A stretch of DNA of 64,000 bases from Octopus vulgaris (lineage: Eukaryota): positions 62,372,001-62,436,000 of the forward strand of contig OX597818.1 of the NCBI GenBank assembly GCA_951406725.2. The letters run 5' to 3'. Positions within the stretch are counted from its first letter, which is position 1. Every line of letters starts with the position of its first letter. Position numbers and translations under genes: made by a program. Positions 27,389-42,277 of the stretch are shown here, in pieces. Below the pieces are notes generated by a model that was not told where the DNA came from, searched no databases, and saw nothing but the letters and a program-made list of their open reading frames with translations.

Positions 27389-27753
27389 TCTTTATATATA
27401 AAAGTGAAGTTGTGTGTCTGTCTCCTACGATTTAGATTCTTAACTACTCCCACATTTTGCGTTGCAGTTTAACCAAAACCGGGTATCTTATAGTCGTGAT
27501 TCATATCAAGCCCTTCTGGGTATTAGCGCGCGTCTACGATGAGTCTACGATTTAAAAAAAAAATTATCATCATTTTTTCCCATTTTTAATGCATGTTTTT
27601 GCTATTATATAAGGGAAGTAACTCTCTAAAAATGTATTATTAAATCTCAGAACGTAAAAAGCTACAGTATTGAGATGGCTATTATACTTTATATCTCTAA
27701 AAATGCGTATATAGTTATTTCCCTTACAAGCCCGAGCAACGCGATACTGCTAG
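27389..27753 (+). mobile_element. Non-autonomous Helitron
   Basis: 5' TC, 3' CTAG, A|T target; same family as 51641-52030 but the subterminal hairpin has lost its 3' arm. Confidence 0.8.
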
Positions 27754-27779
27754 TATATATATGTCTATCTATCTATCTA

Positions 27780-28636
27780 TCTATATATATATATATATAT
27801 ATAAACGGCAGTTTGTCTGTGTGCGTGTCTGTGTGTCTGTTAGGTTGTACCCTCACCCTGACCACGGCTTTCAACCGATTCTGATGAAACTTGACACACA
27901 CATAGCCCAATGTCATAATTCAAAACCAACGCAGCGAAAATTTTGAAAAGTTCCCCCCAGTTCTGAAAAAAATCGATAAATTCGACATGGGGTCGAGAAT
28001 CAGAAACACAAATCACAGACTGTCTAGGGGACGCAACTCGGCCTTTTTAACTCTAAACTCCAATATCCAGCTATTCCTGGTACAGACTGTCTAGGGGACA
28101 CAACTCGACCTTTTTAACTCTCAACTTGGCGAAGGCAAAATACCAGGGGATGAAAATGGTAATATTGCCATCGATTCCATTTGTACAATTGTTAAATCGC
28201 CTTCTGATCTCAGAGATGCAGTGTTCCCAGATCTACAAGCTAATTATCAGAACATGGATTGGATTGGCCAAAGGGCTATTCTGGCCCCGAGGAATAAAAC
28301 TGTTCACCATATTAATGATGAAATGCTAAAACTCATTCCTGGGGATGTCTATGTATATAAGTCTATCGATACAACTCGTGACCCAGAGGACGTCATCAAC
28401 TATCCAATAGAGGTACTCAATTACTTTGAGCCCCCCAGACTACCACCACACATTCTCAAACTTAAAGCTGGTGCCCCTATAATGCTCATTAGAAATTTGG
28501 TTCCCCCAAAACAATGCAATGGCACACGTTTGATCGTTAAGTCCTTATCTCCCACCGTAAACTTATATCAATATTTGCCTGAATAAACATCATAATTCAG
28601 TGCAATCATTAACAGTACTTTCAAGCAATTCTGCTA

Positions 28637-28637
<1 letters not shown>
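27780..28637 (+). mobile_element. Non-autonomous Helitron containing a PIF1-type helicase fragment
   Basis: TC(TA)n start, CTAG|T end; 28221-28560 encodes RAILAPRN..YKSID..YPIEVLN..LPPHILKLKAGAPIMLIRNL..CNGTRL. Confidence 0.8.
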
Positions 28638-28677
<40 letters not shown>

Positions 28678-28902
28678 AGGAATCATGTTTTGTGTTTTGT
28701 GTGTAGATGTGTGCAAGTATAAAAATATAGTGGTGTGGGCTGCTGGAGTTGTGAGGTGTATAATCGCTGGGGTGTGTCTGTGATATATAAGTGTGCGGGA
28801 AGGAAGTTTGGATGAGTGGAGGTAGTATCAGTCGTGAGTGTAAAGCGAAAGGAAAATCAAGAAGCATGCGCAGTGTGTGACGGATGTGGCAGAGAGCATC
28901 AA

Positions 28903-29425
28903 GGCGCAGGAGTGGCTGTGTGGTAAGTAGCTTGGTTACCAACCACATGGTTCTGGGTTCAGTCCCACTGCGTGGCATCTTGGGCAAGTGTCTTCTACTA
29001 TAGCCTCGGGCCGACTAATGCCTTGTGAGTGGATTTGGTAGACGGAGACTGAAAGAAGCCCGTCGTATATATGTATAGATATATATATGCGTGTGTTTGT
29101 TTGTGTGTCTGTGTTTGTCCCCCTAGCATTACTTGACAACCGTTGCTGGTGTGTTTACGTCCCCGTAACTTAGCGGTTCGGCAAAAGTGACCGATAGAAT
29201 AAGTACTGGGCTTACAAAAGAATAAGTCCGGACGAAATGCGTAGCCGTATTTCGTCTGCTCTTACGTTCTGAGTTCAAATTCCGCCGAGGTCGACTTTGC
29301 CTTTCATCCCTTTCGGGGTCGATTGATTATGTACCAGTTACGTACTGGGGTCGACTTAATCCGTTTGTTTGTCCTTGTTTGTCCCTTCTATGTTTAGCTC
29401 CTTGTGGGCAATAAAGAAATAAGAA
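28903..29425 (+). mobile_element. SINE family A fused to headless family C copy
   Basis: Family A to ~29229, then GGACGAAATGCGTAGCCGTATTTCG..AAAGAAATAAG. Confidence 0.8.
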
Positions 29426-29937
29426 TATAGGTGGGGTATTTCAGGTGGAGTATTTGGAAAGGCAAGCGGAATGCGCGTATGATAGATGTGTGTATAGGTG
29501 TGAGAGTGTGAGACGTTTTTATACGAAAGAAAAAGAAAGAATAGGATTTAGGTCTGGAAAAGAGAGAAAAGAAACTAAAAAAATTAGAATCGCTAGAAAG
29601 TCAGTCCTGGTTCGCGATGATTCCTGCTGGGTAAAAAAAAAAGGGGGAGGGAACTCAACTTTTCCGTGTATCAATGAGGAATCACAACGGAATGAGGAAT
29701 CAGCTGAGATTGCAGATCTCGCCGAGTTATTTATCCGGATTATCTAAAGAAGCCTCGTCGCCAGCGTTATCGTCGTCTTTGTCATCGTCATATTCGTCGC
29801 CATCATTGCATTTGTCGTCAACATCATCACTTTTCCGTCACATGTATATATTTTTCTCTCAACACAAGTAATATATTTGTGGAGGTGTGTTTGCATAAAC
29901 GGCTTGTTTATACATTCTTGTATATCTTTGCTGAAAA

Positions 29938-30410
<473 letters not shown>

Positions 30411-31440
30411 CATGTTTGTAGCTATGTATGTTTAATTACATGTTAGTGTACGTATCTGTTCGTTCGATCGCTAGAACAAAAAGTAAATTAACATAGAGTC
30501 ACACGCTCTCCCCATTAACGAAATATTCATTGCTCGGATTTTATCTTCGCCATTTATTATATATTTGTCAGCATTTCTGCTTGTTTGCGTAGATTTTACT
30601 GTTTCTTCTCACTGGAAATTTGATGTTTCTATTGGCTAAAATAAAATTATAGTCAACAGTAAAGAAGTCATAAGTTTGTGAAGGAAGCAATCAAAGATAG
30701 CTTAACATTTATTGATTTTCAGGTCAAACATTAATTAAGAATTTAGATTACATAATGCAGGGATACGTTTGTCAATGCTATTGCATAGTAATATTGCGGT
30801 GAATCACCCAATCTTTGTTCAGGTTAAGATAGCAAGTTAAGCTATCGGACGATATGAAATAATGATAATGCAACACTATCAATTTAGTAGAAGATGGTCA
30901 GTTATTTAATCACTCCAATGCAGTCTGAACTTACCGAAGCTATCCCAAAGCGCACAGTAAGATTGTGTTATTTTAAATTAAATAATGATTTCTCATTTTC
31001 CTTTCAGTTTTACTTCCAACTTTGCATGTCTCTAAGGTTAGCATTTAACAATACAGCTTCTTCGCTTTCACTTGATAACATAACATTTTAGCAGCTAGAA
31101 AATTGCCTATCTCTGTAAGAACCATAATTTTCCATCTGGTCTCACACTGTCTTCCTAAAATGATTATCACGTTGAGTTCCACCAAGTTCTTGTTAATTCT
31201 TATTATACAACAAAAAGAAATAAGAAATAAAGTCTAATATTTTTTCCTTGTATTTCGTTATTGAATTTCCTCGAGGAAAGTAGCAAAGTTTGTCTGTAGT
31301 TAGTGGAGTAACAGAAAGATTTAAGCTGCAACTAGCAAGCTAGTACACTAGACAGTTGAAGAAGTAAATAATGTTTGGGGCTTGGTACAATATTGAGGAT
31401 GCGACATGTTACTCCTACGTGAGCGACGATGATTAACGTT

Positions 31441-32055
31441 TTTATTTCTTTATTGGCCACAGGGGCGCGATAAACACAGAGAGGACAAACAAGGACAGAC
31501 AAACGGATTAAGTCGATTATATCGACCCCAGTGCGTAAATGGTACTTATTTAATCGACCCCGAAAGGAGGAAAAGGAAAGTCGAGGCAGAATTTGAACCC
31601 AGAACGTAGCGGCAGACAAAATACCTATTTCTTTACTACCCACAAGGGGCTAAACACAGAGGGGACAAGCAAGCACAGAAAAACGGATTAAATCGATTAT
31701 ATCTACCCCAGTGCGTAACTGGTACTTATTTAATCGACCCCGAATGGGTGAGAGGCAAAGTTGACTTTGGCGGAATTTGAACTCAGAACATAGCGGCTAA
31801 CGCTTCTGCCAGCTCGCCGCCTTTTAAAACAAAAAAATATTCTTTTCTACACTAGGCACAAGGCCCGAAATTTTGTGAGAGGAGGCCAGTGGATTAGATC
31901 GACCCCAGTACGCAACTAGTACTTAATCTATCGACCTCTAAAGGATGAAAGGCAAAGACGACCTCGGCAGAATTTGAACTCAGAAAGTAAAGATAGACGA
32001 AACACTGCTAAGCATTTCGCCCAGCATGCTAACGTTTTAGCCAGCTCGCTGCTTT
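31441..32055 (-). mobile_element. SINE family C cluster (tandem dimer plus monomer)
   Basis: Three Meta-like domains and B boxes. Confidence 0.8.
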
Positions 32056-32394
32056 AAACGACGATGATTCTTGAAAAAGCAACAAAAACAAGTTGGTGCA
32101 GCAAGTTCTTTGAATAAGTAGAGTGAACCCCGAGAATTTCGTTGGGCAGGAGTTTCGTTTAGTTCCAGAAGGAACCGGATCGAACACCCCTATGATTCAA
32201 GACATTTCGCATCTTCGCATCTCACCACTTCATCTTTAAAGAGATGTTTTGAACAACATAATCAAACGTATCTTAAACAACTGAATATATTTTAGCTATT
32301 TAAATACCATGGAGCAGGGTTTTGGCTGCTATATCTAGTTGGTCGAGAGGCCACGTAGAGACTACGCCGTGTTTTTCTTTTTGGTTTATCTTTT

Positions 32395-33365
32395 ATCTTT
32401 TACTTGTTTCGGTCATTATACTACGGCCAAGTTGGAGCACCACTTGAGGAATTTTTAGCCGAATGAATCCACCCCAGTGTTTTATTTTAAGGCTAGTATT
32501 TATTTTATCGCAGACTTTTACCGAACCTTTATTTTAAGGGGACAAACACTCTAACATCAGTTGACAAGCGATGGTAGGGTTAAGAATTGGTATAAAACAC
32601 ACACACACAGACATACACAGGCATAGACACAAACACGCACAGACACACAGACAAACACACACACACACACACACACACACTACGAGCTTCTTTCCGTTTT
32701 CGCCTACCAAATCAAACGCAAGGCTTTGGTCTGCCGGAGGCTATAGTAGAAGATGCTCTCGCTGTGTGATTGAACCCGGAACCATGGAGTTGGGAAACAA
32801 ACTACTAATCCTACATCCACGCATGCGCCAACAATGAATGTTAAAGGTTCTACTTCCATGTTGATCGTGTTTAGCGAGGCGGAGGGTCTCTTGTCCCCTT
32901 GTTATTGGACCCCGAACCGATGGTTCTTGGCTGTGACACGTTTGCAGTTTGTTGATTTCTATGGTCGAAAGACAATTATCTCTTATCTTTTTATCTTTTC
33001 CAGTTTCAGTCATTAAACGGCGGCCATGCTGGGGCACACCCTTCAGGAATTATTTCACACGAATGAATCGACCGCAGTGCTTGTTTTATATAAGCCTGGT
33101 ACTTATTCTATCTGTCTCTTTGGGCGAACCGCTAAGGCACGGGGGCTTCAACACACCAACACCGGTTGTCAAGCTGTGGTGGGGACAAACACAGACACAA
33201 AGACACACACAAACTCTCCCAAACACACACACACACACACACACACACGACGAGCTTCTTTCAGTTTCCGTCTGCCAACTCCACTAACCACAAGGCTTTG
33301 GTTGGACCTAGGCTATAGTAGAAGACACTTGCCCACGATGTGCCACGCAGTGGGACTGAACCACG
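32395..33365 (-). mobile_element. Two diverged SINE family A copies
   Basis: 32395-32828 and 32990-33365 resemble 98-730. Confidence 0.7.
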
Positions 33366-33812
33366 AAGCATAGTTAAAGATATTTCAAGAGACTTAAGTC
33401 TTAATAAATACAGGTATTTGTTCATAATGGAAGTGTTTTGCTCGGCTCGGTGTTTCGATTTTGCAATTCTAGTGACTAACAACCCGAACATTCCTTGTCA
33501 AACCAGAAAAATATTTCGAACTTCTTAGAAATATCAATATTTTGTGCTCTGAGATATAACAAATAATTTCTCTAATCTCTGCTTGTTTATTTGAAAAGAA
33601 TAAAAATCGGTTGGCCTCGATAGCCGTTAAGCTATGTTAGACAGACATCCTATCCATACTAAGATGCAACTTTCACCTCCTTGTCACTATGTAAGACATA
33701 ATAGCGGTAGCTGCCACGCCCCCTGAACAATTGAAGATGGTGTTAGCTGAAGGATTTAGATGAGAATGTAACAAGAGGAAGATTAGTAAGACGATACCAC
33801 ATTGGCTAGGAT

Positions 33813-34206
33813 GGACTGGATTGGAAGCACTCCGTCGGTTACGACGACGAGGGTTCCGGTTGATCCGAATCAACGGAACAGCCTGCTCGTGAAATTAACG
33901 TGTAAGTGGCTGACCACTCCACAGACACGTGTACCCTTAACGTAGTTCTCGGGGATATTCAGCGTGACACAGAGAGTGACAAGGCCGGCCCTTTGAAATA
34001 CAGGTACAACAGAAACAGGAAGTAAGAGTGAGAGAAAGTTGTGGTGAAAAAGTACAGCAGGGATCACCACCATCCCCTGCCGGAGCCTCGTGGAGCTTTA
34101 GGTGTTTTCGCTCAATAAACACTCACAACGCCCGGTCTGGGAATTGAAACTGCGATCCTATGACCGCGAGTCTGCTGCCCTAACCACTGGGCCATTGCGC
34201 CTCCAC
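33813..34206 (-). mobile_element. SINE family B, full length
   Basis: 12-bp TSD ATTGGCTAGGAT at 33801-33812 and 34208-34219. Confidence 0.9.
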
Positions 34207-34653
34207 TATTGGCTAGGATAGTGTGTATGTAAGAAGGTTCCAGATGTAAGTGGTGTTTACGTGGATCCAAGAAATATCAGAAAGCAATTTCTTTTTTTTT
34301 TTTTGCGAATGAACATCAAAATTTATTGCATGGTCACACATGAATAGGGACATCAGAGGTAAGTGTTCAAGGCACGAGGGTGCTGAATTAAGGCCGATCA
34401 GAAAACAGCACTGATACAGCTATGGAACTGCTACCCCGCTTTCCAACTAAATTACACTACACATTGCATTTGTAGATCTCTAAATATCTTGCAGCTATTT
34501 ATGTACCGAATCTTACTATCTTGATGTTTATTAAGAAATTAACTCATGTCTCGCCACATGAACATGAAATGGATATTGTGCTGAATCCTTTCTTGCAGGA
34601 CATGCGACTGCGTAGAATTCCCTTCATTGACTCGTACATGTCTAATATGTAGT

Positions 34654-34732
<79 letters not shown>

Positions 34733-35695
34733 TGTTGTTGTTGTAGCACTAATATCCACAGTAGAAGTAGCAGCACCGGCATTAGTATTAATTTTGCCGA
34801 AGGTCAGACACGCTGGATTATATGTATGATCAAATGTGCTCCAGATGTGAACATACTACCAATTGGTCACTTAGGACCACATGGTCAAAAGCATTCTGTG
34901 TTCTACAAGCGAATAGGGCGACAATTTGAGATATTCAGCAGCTGTTTCTAGTATTAAAGGTGAGCCCGTAACTACTCTGTCTTTCGATCCTTCGTCTCAG
35001 TTCTGATTGCGAAGATCTAGGGTATGAATCCCTCCCCCTCCCCATTCAATTCCATATCCATATCTTCTCTCATGCATTGCTTATTTATAACTGCATTACC
35101 GAGCCTGTCCTCAATTTTCAATAAGGTAGGGTGCAAATATTGGACTAAATAACCTTTCGATCGAAAAACAAAAATCAGAGGAGGTTTAATGAAATTGTAG
35201 CGAAGTAAACGGCGGTGCCCCAGCATGGTCGCAGCCATTGCGATGAAACTAAACTGAAGAAAGATGCCTCTGGAAACCGAACGTAGATCTTCCGTAAACA
35301 TGACAAATTTTCTACCCTTGAACCTAGGCAATACTTCAAATTTCGTTATTCGTTTGAGAGACTTTGTACTTACCAGTGAGAACTGCGTGTTGTTTACACA
35401 ATATTTTACTTACTATTACTTATAGCTTTATTTTCTTCGAGTTCCAACGTTATAAAAAAAAAGCCAAATTATTTCACGTCTCGCGAAGTTTATAAATTAT
35501 GACGTAAAAACACACTATTCTCGCTGGTAAAAGCAAAGCTTCAAGAATGGATGGGGTCGATTCGAAGGATTGATTTGGTTCAATGGTAGAAAGTCTATCA
35601 TCTCTATAGACAGATGTGGCTTTAAGTCCCACGAATGACCTTCGACTTTTTTTTTAATCCAAAAGTCATTTTTGATCTAATACTTAGACTCTTTA

Positions 35696-36510
35696 AGGCG
35701 GCGAGCTGGCAGAACCGTTAGCACGCCGAGCGAAATGCGTAGCCGTATTTCGTCTGCCGCTACGTCCTGAGTTCAAATTCCGCCTAGGTCGACTTTGCCT
35801 TTCATCCTTTCGAGGTCGATAAATTAAGTAGCATTTAGGTACTGGGGTCGATGTAATCGACTTAATCCGTTTGTCTGTCCTTGTTTGTCCCCTCTATGTA
35901 TAGCCCCTTGTGGGTAGTAAAGAAATAGTTATTTCGTCTGCCGTTACGTTCTGAGTTCAAATTCCGCCGAGATCGACTTTGCCTTTCATCCTTTCGGGTC
36001 GATAAATTAAGTACCAGTTACCCACTGGGGTCGATGTAATCGACTTAATCCGTTTGTCTGTCCTTGTTTGTTCTCCCTGTGTTTATCCCCTTGTGGGTAG
36101 TAATGAAATAGGTATTTCGTCTGTCTTTACGATCTGAGTTCAAATTCCGCCAACATCAACTTTGCCTTTCATCCTTTCGGGGTCGATAAATTAAGCACTA
36201 GTAACGTACTGGGGTCGATATAATCGACTGACAGATCCTCCCGCCAAATTTCGGACCTTGTGCTTACAGCAGAATAGAATATTTAGATTCTGTTAAGTGG
36301 GCGAGCTGGCAGAATCGTTAGCACGCAGGGAGAAATGTTTAGCAGTATCTCGTCTGTCTTCACGTTCTGAGTTCAAATGTCACTGGGGTCAACTTTGTGT
36401 TTCATCCTTCCGGGGTCGATAAATTAAGTGCCGGTGAAACAATGGTGTCGATGTAATAGACTTACCCCTCCCCCAAAATTTCAGGCCTTGTGCTAATACT
36501 AGAAAGGAAT
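35696..36510 (+). mobile_element. SINE family C tandem array (3 units of ~183 bp) plus monomer
   Basis: One head, then repeats restarting at (G)TATTTCGTCTG; separate copy at 36296-36510. Confidence 0.85.
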
Positions 36511-36990
36511 ATTTACACCCTCACCCTGTTGTTATTAGCTTTATGTAACTCGAGTTCCACCTTGAAAATGAACTAACCATTTTATCTATTTCGATGTTTC
36601 TAGATAGTTTCGACCAGCCATATATTATCGACAAAAAAAAAAAAATTAGCTGAGGTGCTACGAAGTCGGATCGAACCTAAATCCAAGGTGCTTTGGACAC
36701 AAGCTTCTTAAATACACAGCCATGTCGGTTAAATAAACCTCCTAATTCACCAAAATCGTCTCACTTTCTCCCCACCTCTCTCTCTATACATATCTGCAAA
36801 TGTGTGTGTGTGGTGTATATGCATATGTATATATATATATATATATATACACACATTACATTTATATCTATATATATGTATATATATATATATACATTTA
36901 CATGTATATATATATGTATATAAATATATATATATATGTGTGTGTGTGTATATATATACAATTATATGTATGTATATATATATGTGTATG

Positions 36991-37050
<60 letters not shown>

Positions 37051-37418
37051 TAGTGGGGAATATGTTTTGTAGTGGCTCTGATAGGATAGACAGGTCATTA
37101 TTTTTATAACACCACGATATTAGTTTTAGAGAAAATGCAATACGTTTAATAACACGGCCCAGCGAATCCCATAAAACTGAAGCATCATCTCGATCAAACA
37201 GTTTCGTTCCTGTATTTAATTGACGACACAGATTAAGAGAAAAAACCAAGAGAAACGAACATAGAGAGAAACACAGAGAGTCATACACAAACTAGCGCAA
37301 TAAAAAGGGATACACAAACAGGCACGCAAGCAAATATGCGCAGAAAAACGTGTACAGTATCTGAGGCCGTCCGCGTGCCCAGAGAATCACGCGTAAAAAT
37401 GTTGTGGTCGTCGTTGTA

Positions 37419-37779
37419 ATCCGTCGGTTACGACGACGAGGGTTCCGGTTGATCCAGTCAACAGAAAAGCCTGCTCCTGAAATTAACGTGCAAGTGGCTG
37501 AGCATTCCACAGACACGTGTACACTTAACGTAGTTCTCGGGGAAGATTCAGTATGACAATTCTGGCTCTTTGAAATACAGATACAACAGAAACAGGAAGA
37601 TAAAGTGAAAGTTGTGGTGAAAGCATACCGAAGGGTTCGCCACCATAGCTTGCCGGAGCTTGGTACAGATTCAGGTGTTTTTGCTCAACAAACACACACA
37701 AAGCCCGGTCAGAGAATCGAAAACACGATGCTGTGACCGCGAGTTCGTTGCCCTAACCACTGGGCAATTGCGCATCCAC
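37419..37779 (-). mobile_element. SINE family B, diverged
   Basis: Similarity to 33813-34206. Confidence 0.8.
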
Positions 37780-38446
37780 GTAAAAAAGATAGAAACCCAG
37801 TGTATGTGTTTGTATAAATGTATGAATGAATACATGTATATCTATGTAAATGTGTGTGTAGTGAACCTCGAAATTCTTGTATTGGTCATATATGGGTTTT
37901 GATACAGGGCCAGTATTTTGAAGACAAGGGTTAAGACAACGGCATCGCCCCGAGTGCTCAGCCGGTATTTTTTTATCGACTCCGAAGGTGTTGAAAGCAA
38001 AATTTCCTTCAGCGAAATTTGAACTCAAAACGTAGAGTATGAAGAAATGATGCCGTTAAGTAATTTGTCCGACGTGCAACCGATTCTGCCAGCTCGTACA
38101 CACACACATACATACATACACTCACACATGTATATATATGTATGCATATCCATTTGTGTCTATATATATATGCATGTATATACATGTATATATATAAATA
38201 TATATATGGTCACATACTTATATACATATACACACATAATATATGTATGTATATATGTGTGTTATATATATATAAGTATATATATACACATGCATATATA
38301 GCCTGTTGCTTATTTTGATATATATATATATGCATATGTATATGTATATATACATATATATATACACACACACATATATATGTATATACATATATATATA
38401 TATATATGTATGTATATATGTATGTATGTATATATATATATATATA

Positions 38447-38546
<100 letters not shown>

Positions 38547-39061
38547 CACTGTATTCAAGAGGTCATTGAGAAGCTTGAAGCTTGAAAGGAGAACGTGGTA
38601 ATTAGAGAAGAGGAAGGAGTAGACTGAGAAACAGGGGGGAAAGGAAGAAGAAAAGGTGAAAATGGTGAAAAGTATAAGATAGAGAACGTCGACGAGCTTG
38701 AAGAATGGTAAAACCGAGAAAACGGAGAGAAAAAGAAAAAAAAAGGCGAAAAAGAAGGAACCTGGAGAATTAAAAGAGTTTGGGGGATGGTATGGAGGTA
38801 AAGGGAGTAAGAAGGACCAGCGGAGTGTGAGTGAAAGGTGGAAGAGATGGGAGAGGAGCTGGTAGAGTAAGTGAGCATTGACGGTAACGAAGTAGAAAAG
38901 AGAGAGAAAGAGGAATATGATAAAGGAAAGGGTGTAACTCGGTGAGAATAGTTTGCGGAAATAAAGAGATTTTTGTGGAGGACATTATTGAGGGTGATAC
39001 GAGAGTAATATGTGATTAGTGGAAATAATCAAAGGGCAAAAATAACTTATAGTGTTAAAAT

Positions 39062-39133
<72 letters not shown>

Positions 39134-39134
<1 letters not shown>

Positions 39135-39689
39135 TGCCGTGATGCAGTACCAGACAGTGGCTCTCATGGCTTCTGATCTTAACTGATTGGAAGTGTTATC
39201 ATGTACATTGTTTCGTCTTGCTATAAAAGATGGGCTACAGCAAATATTCTGCTCAATACCACAGATTTGCTTGTCAGTTGTTTGACCTTAACCAGTTGAC
39301 CATGTCCATTAGAGGCTGACAATGTGTGCATCTCTGATCACGAGCAGAAGTAGTGGGGGAGCATCATAGCCATGTGTTGAAAGGGATTCTTTGGGGTTTG
39401 AATAATTCACCTCTGGAAACATGGGTAGTTCTTTCAACATCCTTAAACAACCCTTATTCAGGGACCTTTTGAGTGGGATGGGCTACTCAACCTGAAGAAA
39501 ATTCTAACTGGGCCCCACCTGCAAGGTCATGCGCTGTTTATCTTGATATGAGATCACCATGTCGCGCACATATGGTTGTGATGCATGTGCCTGGTGTACC
39601 CTTATCAAACGGGTAGTCATGATGGGTATATTGGGCTTCGTATATTTTACACCAGCGTCACTTTGATGGTATGAACTGCTCTCTCACTC

Positions 39690-39690
<1 letters not shown>
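39134..39690 (+). mobile_element. Element D, full length ~557 bp, non-coding, inserted in (TAA)n
   Basis: ATGCCGTGATGCAGTACCAG...CTGCTCTCTCACTCA, flanked by pure (AAT)n; six related copies in the window. Confidence 0.85.
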
Positions 39691-39751
<61 letters not shown>

Positions 39752-39762
39752 TAATAATAGAC

Positions 39763-40570
39763 GATTTGTGCATCTCAAGATCAAAGCCTATTAACCCGGA
39801 ACTACCAGGCCAACGTGATGAAAAATGGAGCAGACCCAAAATGCCGATTCTGCAACGACATGATTGAAACAGTGGACCACCTAATCTCTGGATGTAAAGT
39901 CTTAGCACCAGTGGAGTATAAATTAAGACATGACAGAGTTGGCCAATATCTCCACTGGCTAATAAGTCGGCATTACAATATCAAAACTGCCGACAAGTGG
40001 TATAATCACCACTCCGAGGCTGTAACTGAAGGAGAAAATGTAACCATTCTGTGGGACTTTCCAGTACATACAGACCGAACCATCAAGGCCAATAAACCAG
40101 ATATTGTTGTGAAAGACCAAAACAATAAAGTTTGCTTATTGATCGACATGAGCATCCCCTGTGATCATAATATCTCAGCGAAAGAGTTTGACAAGCTCAG
40201 AAAATATAAAGACCTACTCATTGAAATTGAGAAAATGTGGCATCTCAAGGCGGTTACAATACCAGTGATCGTAGGAGCACTAGGAATGATCAAGAAGGGA
40301 ACCGAAAATTATATGAGAATGATCCCTGGCTTACCATCCTTGCAAGAAGTGCAAAAGATTGTCTTAACTGGTACATCACACGTATTGAGAAGAGCATTGT
40401 CGATGTGAGAACTGTTGCTGCTCATGTATTTTAATTTAACTTAAAAAAAAAAAAAAAATGAACGAACTACTGAGTTTGGTTTAATGGCCTACCAATGTAT
40501 ACTATGAGTTTCTTTGCCCTAGGAGTCGGGAAGACACTCGGCAAGAAATGGAAGCAAATTTGAAAGAAGA
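39763..40570 (+). mobile_element. R4/Dong-type RLE LINE 3' end with uninterrupted CCHC + RLE frame
   Basis: ORF 39815-40408: CRFCNDMIETVDHLISGC..RHDRVG..ILWDF..KPDIVV..LIDMSIP..KYKDL..IPVIVGALG; AAT repeats on both flanks. Confidence 0.9.
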
Positions 40571-40611
40571 AAAAAAAAAAAAATAATAATGATAATAATA
40601 ATAATAATAGA

Positions 40612-41128
40612 GGCTATCGTGGCTTTTGATCTTAACTGTCATGATCGTGGCTTTTGATCTTAACTTGGTATAAAAGATGGGTAAGAGAAACTAATCTGTT
40701 CAAAACCACAGATTTGTTTTTCAGTTGCTTAACGAGTTGAGCATGTCACCTTAGTGGATGACGATATGTGCATCTCTGATGAAGAGCAGAAGTTGTTGGG
40801 GAGCATCATAGCCATGTGTTGAGAGGGATGATCTGGGATTTGAATAATTCACCTCTGGAAACATGGGGGGGTTTCATTCAACATCCTCAAACAAACCTTA
40901 TTTAGGGATCTGTTGAGCGGGATGGGCTACTCAAACAGAAGAAAATTCTAACTGGACCCCACATGCATTGTTTATTTCGATGTGAGATCACCATGTCATG
41001 CACATGTGGTTGTGATGCATGTGTCTGGTGTACACTTACCAGATGGGCAGTAATGATAGGTATATTCGTCTCAGTATATTTGTACCCATCCCAGTGCCAC
41101 TTTGATAAAATGTGCTGCACTTTCACTT
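40612..41128 (+). mobile_element. Element D, diverged
   Basis: Colinear with 39134-39690; AAT flanks. Confidence 0.75.
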
Positions 41129-41161
41129 AATAATAATAATAATAACAACAACAACAACAAC

Positions 41162-41254
<93 letters not shown>

Positions 41255-41282
41255 AAGAAGAAGAAGAAGAAGAAGAAGAAGA

Positions 41283-41586
41283 AGACCTGGAAATAGAGGT
41301 AACTAGAATGTGGAATCTAAAAACAGAAACAATTCCTATCATAGTAGGTGCATTAGGTATGATTAAAAAAAGAATATTCAGACAAATACATAACAAAAAC
41401 GCCAGGACTTACAAACGCATATAACATACAGAAAATTGCACTACTAGGCACTGCACACATCCTACGCAGAACACTTTCCATACAGTAACCATCAGAGCAT
41501 CACAATAAATCACAGCACATACCCAAAGCACGCAGAGCTGCGCTCGGTAGTGAAGTGAAAGCACACTATAAAAATAAAACTACTGA
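41283..41586 (+). mobile_element. R4/Dong-type LINE 3' end, same family as 13198-13793
   Basis: DLEIEVTRMWNLKTETIPIIVGALG and near-identical 3' UTR ending AAAACTACTGAATAATAA. Confidence 0.85.
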
Positions 41587-42277
41587 ATAATAATAACATA
41601 AATGATATATATGTATATGCATATTATACGTACATATTTGTACATGCCTACATATATATATGTATATATACATGCATATATGGGTACAGGACGTAAAACA
41701 ACCTGAACAAAATGAAAAACGAGAACATAATAAACAAAATCATAGAAAACGAACTTTTTTTCGAACAATGAAAGAAACAAATAGAGAAATGAGACAGGCA
41801 ACATAAAAGACAATCCCTTCATCAGTTGCTCCTTTGTTATCTACTCCTCGTTTTCGAACGTTGGGACAAGACGCGACTTCGTTAAAACTGTCGTTTCCGC
41901 AAAGCAATTTAAATAGAATTTGGGATTTTTCGCGGAGTATTTAAAGTGGTAAGAAAAAACAGGACAGTAAGAACAAAAAGTAAAAACAAAAGGTAAATGT
42001 TGTTAAGTCATAACGAGGTGATGTGGTGAACGCTGGAGAAAAAGTGTTTTGACTGGAGACAGGCAAAGACGTGTCTTGTCTTTTGTAAACCAAGACGAAA
42101 AAGGAAGTTTGCCGCTGATCACGTGCGAGCAACGAAAGAGTCAAGGAGGAAGAGCGACAGAGGGAGGGGGGAGGTAGAAAACAGTGAAGGGGAGGAGAAA
42201 AAACAGAAATAAGGAAGAATAAAAGAGGGAGAATAGAGATAGTTGTTGAGTGCACATCAGAATTATTGAGATAAAAC

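Noticed and set aside
41755-41830. CTGATGA on minus strand with downstream GAAA
   Set aside because: Stem II pairs poorly, stem III is not palindromic and no stem I partner is found
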